Part shown: piece after piece, positions 1 to 6,073 of the stretch
Layout of the letters: every line of letters begins with the position of its first letter
Position numbering within the stretch: position 1 is the first letter of the stretch
Assembly: GCA_016717115.1 (NCBI GenBank)
Contig: JADKGE010000003.1
Coordinates: 85,037-149,036 of the forward strand
DNA from: Actinomycetota bacterium
GTDB lineage: Bacteria > Actinomycetota > Actinomycetes > S36-B12
Direction of reading: 5' to 3'
DNA length: 64,000 nt
Position numbers and translations under genes: made by a program
Notes under the pieces: generated by a model
The model's database searches: none
What the model saw: only the letters and a program-made list of their open reading frames with translations
What the model was told of the DNA's origin: nothing

Positions 1-7
1 GGAGCCC

Positions 8-559
8 ATGAGCGAGGTCGAGCCCGCACCACGATCACGCGGACGAGCGCAGCCCGCATCCGACCTTGCGGATCGCCTTCCGGTGAGGCAGGCCCTGCCA
101 CTGGTGCTGGTGGAGACGCTGGGACTGGGGATCATCTTCGCGATCTACGCCGTCCTCGACGCGCGCGACAGCGTCCTCGCCCCACTCCTCGTGCCGTTCG
201 CGGTGAGCTTCATCCTCATCGTTGCGAACTCGGCTGCCCCCGGGGCCCGACCCCTGCGCGTCATCGGCTCATACGCCATCGCCGGCACCGTCGGCCTAGG
301 AGTGTCGGCGCTACCCGGGCCGACCTTCCCCGAAGCAGTCCTCGCGGGTGCCCTGACCATGCTCGCGATGCACCTGACCGGCGCGCTGCACTCGCCGGCG
401 ATCGCCGTCGCGATGATCGCCGTCCTCGCCAACTTCACCCCAGCCTCCGCGTTCCAAGCACTGCCGTTGGTGGTGCTACTCGCAATGGGGGTGGTCACGC
501 TGGCGTGGGCCGCCCACAAGGTGCTCGGAGACGCCGACTATCCAGCGCGATGGTGGTAG
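8..559 (+). CDS. HPP family integral membrane protein
   Basis: 183-aa multi-TM ORF with GGAG just upstream of the ATG. Blocks APGARPLRVIGSYAIAGTVG and LTGALHSPAIAVAMIAV resemble the two conserved HPP-family segments. Confidence 0.55.
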   Translation: MSEVEPAPRSRGRAQPASDLADRLPVRQALPLVLVETLGLGIIFAIYAVLDARDSVLAPLLVPFAVSFILIVANSAAPGARPLRVIGSYAIAGTVGLGVSALPGPTFPEAVLAGALTMLAMHLTGALHSPAIAVAMIAVLANFTPASAFQALPLVVLLAMGVVTLAWAAHKVLGDADYPARWW

Positions 560-774
560 GCGAGCGGCTCCATGGATCGAACGCGCGATGCTCGAGGTAA
601 GGACGCTCCCCCCGAAGAAGCCCAAGCCGGCGAAGAAGAAATCCACTCGCTAGGTGCCCCGCTCTTGGCTCCCGCGGCCTCCTGTCATTCGCCTGGGTCT
701 TGCCGGGGCTCTGGGCGCGGTGCATGCTTGAGGCCTCCGGCGGCCCGCTGGTGCGCGTTGAGAGGACTGCCCAC

Positions 775-1092
775 ATGGAGAAGTACCTCGTGCTCTACCG
801 CTCGAAGATGACGATGGGGGAGCAGATGGCCGGGTCGACGCCCGAGGAGATGAAGGCCGGCATGGACGCGTGGATGGCGTGGGGTGCGGCCGCGGGCGAC
901 GCCCTCGTCGACTGGGGTGTCCCCACGATGCCGACGTCGCAGGACGACCCGGGACCGGCCGGATGGATCGGCGGGTACTCGATCGTGCAGGGCGAGGACC
1001 TGGCATCAGTTCAGGCGCTCGTGGCCGGGCACCCGCACAACCAGATGGGCACCATCGAGATCCTGCAGATGCTGCCTATGCCCGGCGCCTGA
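775..1092 (+). CDS. YCII-related / dimeric alpha-beta-barrel superfamily small protein
   Basis: ATG at 775 preceded by GAGAGGA. MEKYLVLYRS... with ...GYSIVQGEDLASVQALVAGHP... is typical of YCII-like proteins. The upstream part of track ORF 700..1092 is probably not translated. Confidence 0.5.
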   Translation: MEKYLVLYRSKMTMGEQMAGSTPEEMKAGMDAWMAWGAAAGDALVDWGVPTMPTSQDDPGPAGWIGGYSIVQGEDLASVQALVAGHPHNQMGTIEILQMLPMPGA

Positions 1093-1109
1093 CGGGGCCT
1101 GAAGCATCG

Positions 1110-1515
1110 GGGGTGCTGAGGTCCAAGTCGGAAACCGGACAGTTCTACGCATGAACTCTCACCCTTTCCGTCGCCCTTTCTCCCTGTCGCTCGGTGTGCC
1201 TGAGTGTCACTCGGTGTCACGAAACCTGTTGATAGGCAACAAGTCCTCGAGGCGAATCCATGCGTTCGGGCAGTCTCGTAATGCGTAGGTCCGGGGTGGG
1301 AGGAGCGATAGCGACGGTTCCCCGAGGCGGCCCTGACTGAAAGTTGTTGGGCTGCAACGACTTTCTGCACTTCGCGGAACTCGCGCCTGCGTCGGAATTG
1401 ACCGATTTGATTCGCCCTTCCGCCCGGACCTCGAGTCGCGCCCGAATTCGGTTCGCCCTTTCCCCCCTTTGGCCGGAGTGATACGCGAGTCGATGACGTG
1501 AGGGGTTGTCACAGA
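1110..1515 (+). repeat. Structured intergenic element, copy A (left module like copy B, core and loop like copies D and E)
   Basis: Positions 1168-1290 align at about 80% with 4962-5095. Core GTCTCGTAATGCGTAGGTCCGGGG-[23 nt]-CCCCGAGGCGGCCC lies at 1273-1333, and its loop TGGGAGGAGCGATAGCGACGGTT recurs at 18958 and 24347. An 8-bp hairpin lies at 1342-1362. No consistent reading frame. Confidence 0.75.
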
Positions 1516-1639
1516 CTCGCCCGCGCCTTCCGCCAGCCACCGGGCGATCCACCGTCCGCCTGTGCCATCCAAGGATCGGTGCGATGCGGGGAGACAGTTC
1601 GCGCGGCGTTGTCACGGCGCTGTCGGGAAGGATGGGGGC

Positions 1640-2269
1640 ATGAGTGCCGCTGGCAAGCCCGTTCGGCGTGGACCGCGACGCCGAGAAGGTGCTCCGTCAG
1701 GCCCTGACGAGGTGCGCAACGCCGTTCTGGATGCGGCCGCGACCCTCTTCGCCTTGCGAGGCATCGACGGGGTCTCGCTTCGCGACGTCGCTGCCGAGGC
1801 GGATGTGAACTTGTCGCTGATTCGTCGATACATCGGAAGCCGGGACGATCTGATCGACGCCGTGTTCGCGCATGTGTCCGAGCAGCTGGCTGAGGCCGTG
1901 GCCGAGCATCCGCTGGCCGGGCAGGGGCACTCTCCGGACACGGTGATGGGCAAGTGGGTGCGCATCGGGGCGGCGCTGGCGATATCCGGCCGGCCCATGT
2001 CGTCGGATGCCATCCGCAACCCGGTGCAGGCGATCGCCGATAGCGTGGTCGCCGGCTACGGCCTGTCGACGGAGGCGGCACGGGTCCGCGCCACGCAGAT
2101 CGTGGCGACGGCGCTCGGGTGGCGCATCTTCGAGGCGTACCTGGTGGACGCTGCCGGTCTGGGCGACATACCGGTGGAGGTGCTGCGCGAGGAGCTCGTG
2201 CGCTCCGCCCGGCGACTGGGCGCGACACCGTGGCCGTCCCCTCCGGACCCGCCCGTCCTCGGCACCTGA
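1640..2269 (+). CDS. TetR/AcrR family transcriptional regulator
   Basis: ATG at 1640. The N-terminal HTH VRNAVLDAAATLFALRGIDGVSLRDVAAEADVNLSLIRRYIGSRDDL is a classic TetR_N. Confidence 0.85.
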   Translation: MSAAGKPVRRGPRRREGAPSGPDEVRNAVLDAAATLFALRGIDGVSLRDVAAEADVNLSLIRRYIGSRDDLIDAVFAHVSEQLAEAVAEHPLAGQGHSPDTVMGKWVRIGAALAISGRPMSSDAIRNPVQAIADSVVAGYGLSTEAARVRATQIVATALGWRIFEAYLVDAAGLGDIPVEVLREELVRSARRLGATPWPSPPDPPVLGT

Positions 2270-2325
2270 CACTGGACCAAAGCCCTCCTCCTTCGCCGCG
2301 CAACGGCATCGGCTCGCCCATATCG

Positions 2326-2337
2326 TTGTGTACACAA
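2326..2337. promoter_or_regulatory. Perfect 12-bp palindrome TTGTGTACACAA, candidate TetR operator in front of the DszB-like gene
   Basis: Lies in a locally AT-richer stretch between the TetR stop (2269) and the next start (2376). An overlapping CACA-N4-TGTG lies at 2333-2344. Confidence 0.4.
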
Positions 2338-2375
2338 ACGTGTGCATTAGTCGGGACGAGTGGAGGGGCACGGTC

Positions 2376-3542
2376 ATGGCGGACAAGGTCGTTGATCTGA
2401 GCACGATCGCGTTGGACTGGAACGAGGTCTACTACACCAACTGCCCGCTGGTGTCCGCGAGCAACGTGGACCAGGAACTGGGGTGGACGCGTGAGGAGTA
2501 CAAGAAGATCGGGGTGAAGTACGCGTTCCTGCGCTCGGTCCGGGAGAACAACTGGTACCCGCACTACATCCACAACCTGGACAACCTGATCCGCTTCGGC
2601 GGCCTGTTCCCGCCGGTGGCGGTGCACGCAGACATCCGCCGAACCCGACTCCTCGGGGTCACCCATGCTCCGCACGAGGGCGGCGTGATGCTGGTGCGCG
2701 CCCGCGACGACATCTACCGGATGGCCGAACTGAAGGGCAAGAAGATCGGCCTGACGAAGAGTCTCAACACGATCAAGAACGACTGGTGGCGGATCCAGGA
2801 GGAGCAGGGCATCGAGCTCATGCTCCGCGTCAACGGGATGACCCGCGACGACGTCGAGATCGTGGAGTTCCCCTACCCGGACGACTGGTACGACAACCCC
2901 GCGATGCTCGACCCGATGGAGAACCCATCCGAGCTGTGGCTCAAGCGCGACCACAAGCACGACCTCGCGTTCCGGCCGTTGGAGACCGCGCTGGAGACAG
3001 GCGTCGTCGACGCGATCTACAGCCAGAGCAAGCCCTTCCAGCACCTGCAGGAGGCCACGGGCAGGTTCAAGGCCATCGAGGACCTGTCCCGCTACCCAGA
3101 CTGGACGCTGCAGGTCGCGAACATCCCCGCCGTCATCACCTGCACCGACGTGATGGCCGAGGAGCATCCCGAGCTCGTCGTGACGTTCATGAAGGGCATG
3201 ATCAAGGTCGGCCGCTGGGCGAACGAGCACAAGCACGCCGCCGCTGCCATCCTCGACAAGCAGACCTTCTACCTCGACGTCGAGGACACCTACCGCGGCA
3301 TCAAGGACATCGACATGGTGCCGAACCTCTCCCCGCAGAACCTCGTGTCAGTCGAGATCGGCAAGGACTTCATGCTCGGCCACGGCTACATCGCCAACGA
3401 CTTCGACGTCCACGAGTGGGCGGCGCCCGAGTTCCTGGAGCAGGCGGCCCGGGACCTGCTGGAGGAGGAATGGGCGAAGCGGTCCATGTCGCGCCTGCCC
3501 GAGGGCACTGAACTGCACGCCGGCACCACCCGGCTCGGCTGA
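2376..3542 (+). CDS. DszB-like (2'-hydroxybiphenyl-2-sulfinate desulfinase family) / SsuA-NMT1-fold protein
   Basis: ATG at 2376 with GGAGGGG upstream. YYTNCPLVSAS, IRFGGLFPP, RTRLLGVT and EWAAPEFLEQ parallel DszB YSNCPVPNA, TRFGGEIPP, RTRLLGIT and QWAAPEFLNN, and the catalytic-type Cys is retained. Confidence 0.6.
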   Translation: MADKVVDLSTIALDWNEVYYTNCPLVSASNVDQELGWTREEYKKIGVKYAFLRSVRENNWYPHYIHNLDNLIRFGGLFPPVAVHADIRRTRLLGVTHAPHEGGVMLVRARDDIYRMAELKGKKIGLTKSLNTIKNDWWRIQEEQGIELMLRVNGMTRDDVEIVEFPYPDDWYDNPAMLDPMENPSELWLKRDHKHDLAFRPLETALETGVVDAIYSQSKPFQHLQEATGRFKAIEDLSRYPDWTLQVANIPAVITCTDVMAEEHPELVVTFMKGMIKVGRWANEHKHAAAAILDKQTFYLDVEDTYRGIKDIDMVPNLSPQNLVSVEIGKDFMLGHGYIANDFDVHEWAAPEFLEQAARDLLEEEWAKRSMSRLPEGTELHAGTTRLG

Positions 3543-3551
3543 GCAGAGGGA

Positions 3552-3947
3552 ATGACGATGACCACCACCGCTGCCCAGATGATCGTCGACGCCAATGCCC
3601 GCATCCCGGGGGTGACGCCGGTCGAGGCGCATGACCGCCTCGCGGCGGGTACGTGCGTCCTGCTGGACGTTCGTGAGCCCACCGAGTGGGAGACCCACAT
3701 CGTGGGGGCCGTGCAGGTGCCTCGCGGCATCCTGGAGTTCCAGGCCGACCCGACGAGTCCCCGGCACAACGCCGCACTCACCCCGGACCGTCAGGTGATC
3801 GTCTTCTGCCGGTCTGGTGCGCGGGCGGCCCTCGCGGCCGCCACGCTCACCGACCTCGGGTTCACCGACGTCTTGAACATGACCGGGGGACTCACCGCGT
3901 GGAAGGAAGCCGGCCTGCCCACGGCCGACGTCCACGCCGACATCTGA
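3552..3947 (+). CDS. Rhodanese-domain sulfurtransferase
   Basis: VLLDVREPTEWE ... VIVFCRSGARAALAAATL ... GGLTAWKEAGLP. The active-site loop is CRSGAR. Starts 10 nt after the preceding stop. Confidence 0.85.
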   Translation: MTMTTTAAQMIVDANARIPGVTPVEAHDRLAAGTCVLLDVREPTEWETHIVGAVQVPRGILEFQADPTSPRHNAALTPDRQVIVFCRSGARAALAAATLTDLGFTDVLNMTGGLTAWKEAGLPTADVHADI

Positions 3948-3972
3948 CCATCCACACAACTAGGAGAGCTCC

Positions 3973-4356
3973 ATGTTCAACGACAACGGATCGTTCCTGC
4001 TCGCCCTTTTCGAGTTCTTCCTGTTCTTCGCCTGGTTCATGTGCCTGTTCTGGGTGCTGGGCGACATCTTCCGCAGCAGCGACATGGGCGGCGGGGCCAA
4101 GACGTTCTGGATCATCTTCGTGATCATCATCCCGTGGTTGGGCATCCTCGTGTACGTCATCGCCCGCGGCAAGGGCATGCAGGAACGCCAACTCGAGCAG
4201 GCCAAGGCCATGCAGGCTGCTCAGTCCGAGTACATCAAGTCCGTCGCCGGCAGTACCACGGCGACCGACCAGATCTCCTCGGCCAAGGCTCTCCTCGACC
4301 AGGGCGTCATCACGCAGGACGAGTTCAACGCCCTGAAGTCCAAGGCCCTCGCCTGA
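3973..4356 (+). CDS. PLDc_N membrane domain plus SHOCT domain protein
   Basis: The N-terminal hydrophobic segment FFLFFAWFMCLFWVLGDIF...WIIFVIIIPWLGILVYVIARG is PLD-nuclease-N type. The C-terminal LLDQGVITQDEFNALKSKAL is SHOCT type. Confidence 0.7.
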   Translation: MFNDNGSFLLALFEFFLFFAWFMCLFWVLGDIFRSSDMGGGAKTFWIIFVIIIPWLGILVYVIARGKGMQERQLEQAKAMQAAQSEYIKSVAGSTTATDQISSAKALLDQGVITQDEFNALKSKALA

Positions 4357-4419
4357 ATGGCCGTCGGGCCAGAGCCAGAGGGCCGGTGAAGGGAGGCGTC
4401 GTGCGGGTACCCTGCGGGC

Positions 4420-4752
4420 ATGGCTCCTCTTGACCGGATCACCCGCTCCATCGACGTGATGGGCGGGAAGCCGTGCGTGGGCCGCACCCGGGTAACGATT
4501 GGCACTGTGGTCGGCCTCGTCGCGGCGGGTACGTCGATCGCGGAGATCCTGGACGCCTACCCGTACCTGGACGAGCAGGACGCGATGCAGGCCCTCGCGT
4601 GCGCCGCTTGGCGAGTCGAGGAGATCGAGAGCCCGATGCCCCCGACCGCGAGATCCTCGAGCAGGCGCACCGCAACGGGCAGGTCATCCTCACCCAGGAC
4701 CTGGGCTTCGGCACCCCACTCGCTGTCGGGAGCCTGGCGACACCGAGCGTGA
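4420..4752 (+). CDS. DUF433 (antitoxin-like) protein; the frame runs on into the remnant of the partner gene
   Basis: GGKPCVGRTRVTIGTVVGLVAAGTSIAEILDAYPYLDEQDAMQALACAA is canonical DUF433. A native stop is expected near 4630 but is absent, so the C-terminal 40 aa are probably not native. Confidence 0.55.
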   Translation: MAPLDRITRSIDVMGGKPCVGRTRVTIGTVVGLVAAGTSIAEILDAYPYLDEQDAMQALACAAWRVEEIESPMPPTARSSSRRTATGRSSSPRTWASAPHSLSGAWRHRA

Positions 4753-4896
4753 TCCACTTCGGCGCCCAAGCGGTCCTGCCGAGGGATGTGGGCGAGCAAC
4801 TGCTCGCCGCCCTGGATGTGGCGCGCACTCACCTCGAGACCGGGTGCGCTGGTCACCGTGGATCCCATGAGGCCTCGGGCCACGGTCCTGCCCATC
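4644..4896 (+). pseudogene. DUF5615 / Mut7-C-like (PIN-type toxin partner of DUF433) remnant: N-terminally deleted and frameshifted
   Basis: Frame 1 reads REILEQAHRNGQVILTQDLGFG...SVIHF. After a +1 shift in the GGG run near 4841-4843 the next frame reads GALVTVDPMRPRATVLPI, the usual family C-terminus. There is no N-terminal 35 aa and no stop after LPI. Confidence 0.45.
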
Positions 4897-4904
4897 ACCA
4901 TGGA

Positions 4905-5200
4905 CGGTGCTCAGGCTCGGGCGGACCAGCCACGGAACGTACACATAGGTGCTCGCACTGCCCGTCGCCCTGTCTCCATGGCCCTCAGTGTCTCTGCGTG
5001 TCACTCAGTGTCACGAAACCTGTTGATAGGCAACGAATCCTGGAGGCGACCCCATGTGTGGGCGCAGTCTCCTAATGCTTATGTGCGGGGCCAAATCCCC
5101 GAGGCGGCTCCAGGCAAGACGGACATTCTGAAGGGCAACTGCCCAGGTCGTGGTGCGGGGAGGGTCGCCGTACCTGCCTGGTAGCGGCGAATTGACACTG
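4905..5200 (+). repeat. Structured intergenic element, copy B (left module like A, core and 3' modules like C)
   Basis: The core hairpin is CGGGG 5096-5100, loop CCAAAT, CCCCG 5107-5111, followed by AGGCGGCTCCAGGCAAGACGGACATTCTGAAGGGCAACTGCC. CCTGGAG 5039-5045 is complementary to CTCCAGG 5118-5124. A 3' hairpin lies at 5165-5190, then TTGACA at 5192-5197. Confidence 0.75.
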
Positions 5201-5511
5201 GGCGGGGTCAATGGGGTAGGCCAAGGTACGCGTCAGCCTTCAGGGTCCAATCCACGCGAGGCGGAACTCCGACAGCGCGACCGTCGTCAACTCGGCTCCG
5301 GTCGAGAGGAGAGGATGGACCGAACACCAACGGCAACTCTTGACTTGGCGGCAGGGGTCGGCCCACTCGCTCCTCTCCTGCAGGTTTGCCGCCATGCGGC
5401 GAGCCTTGGCCCCGCCGCGCGTACGGGGCGCACCCTGCGGGACCAGAGAAAGTCGGGCATACTGCCCGCGAAGCTGGAGACCCAGTCCGCCGAACTCGGC
5501 CGGAGGTACTC

Positions 5512-5814
5512 ATGCGTGCTCCGCGCATCCTGCTGGCCCTTGTCCCCATCGTCCTGGTCGCCGCGGCCTGCTCGTCGAGCACTGCTGTTCGCCAGGCCGA
5601 CGTCGAGGGCCAGGTCGCGGCGGCCATCGAGGAGGCGGGAGTCCCGGCGGACTCCTTCACCGTGGCGTGCCCTGGCGACCTGACCGGGACGGTCGGAACC
5701 ACCATGACGTGCACGGTCACCACGGACGCCAACACCTCCGAGGTCCTGCTCACGGTGACCACGGTCGATGGCGACACCGTGAACTTCGACATCGAGGACG
5801 TGCCGGCCTCCTAG
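5512..5814 (+). CDS. DUF4333-type secreted lipoprotein
   Basis: ATG at 5512 with GGAGG 5 nt upstream. Lipobox LVAAAC-SSS. The motif ...FTVACPGDLTGTVGTTMTCTVTT...VNFDIE is typical of DUF4333. Confidence 0.7.
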   Translation: MRAPRILLALVPIVLVAAACSSSTAVRQADVEGQVAAAIEEAGVPADSFTVACPGDLTGTVGTTMTCTVTTDANTSEVLLTVTTVDGDTVNFDIEDVPAS

Positions 5815-5827
5815 GCCGCGTGGTGTC

Positions 5828-5851
5828 CGAGGTCGGAATCCGACGGCCTCG
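5828..5851 (+). terminator. Candidate I-shaped intrinsic terminator
   Basis: Hairpin GTCGG-AAT-CCGAC extended by CGAG/CTCG, starting 14 nt after the stop at 5814. It has no U-tract, which is common in high-GC actinobacteria. Confidence 0.3.
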
Positions 5852-6073
5852 CCTCTGAGCAGGTCGCCTGGATCGCGGGGCCGAGGGCCTCGTTCCCATC
5901 TCCCGTGTCAAGAAGGTGGCATCCTCGACGTGCGATCGAACCCGAGTCCAAAAACCTAGGCACCCTCGACGTCTTCACCAGCAGTGGAGGCGGCCGGTCG
6001 CAGCGGGGTGCCGAGGGGCATACTCTGCGGCCCTGAGTGAGTTCTCGTGGCCGGAAGAGGAGGGTCGAGCCCC

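Noticed and set aside
1217-1615. Minus-strand ORFs through the repeats that end in the shared peptide ...VAYQQVS (1217..1615 and 5011..5211) and share GTVAIAPP (copies A and D).
   Set aside because: The shared peptides are just translations of conserved nucleotide blocks. A-versus-B substitutions fall mainly on codon positions 1 and 2, there are no start or SD signals, and the frames are broken in the other copies.
1509-3236. Very long ORFs antisense to, or out of frame with, recognisable genes: 1509..3236 (-), 12009..13322 (-), 32189..33754 (+), 34881..36593 (+), 55570..56619 (+), 56516..57952 (+), 60122..61156 (-), 48325..49365 (-), 53689..55176 (+).
   Set aside because: Their translations are Arg/Pro/Gly/Ala-rich low-complexity strings with no family motifs. 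Each overlaps a gene with clear domain signatures on the other strand or frame. These are the usual stop-poor shadow frames of roughly 70% GC DNA.
5118-5135. CCAGGCAAGACGG in repeat copies B and C resembles the conserved CAGGACAAGACGG of the guanidine-III (ykkC-III) riboswitch, preceded by CGAGG as in that motif.
   Set aside because: The two pseudoknot helices of guanidine-III cannot be formed: there is no CCGG/CCGG pair and no complementary strand after AAGACGG. The downstream genes are not Gdx/SugE-type exporters. The block is also absent from the A, D and E copies.
5192-5230. TTGACA at the 3' end of repeat copies B and C, considered as an outward-reading promoter.
   Set aside because: No TANNNT-type -10 hexamer lies 16-19 nt downstream in either copy. 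It is mentioned in a finding but not called as a promoter.
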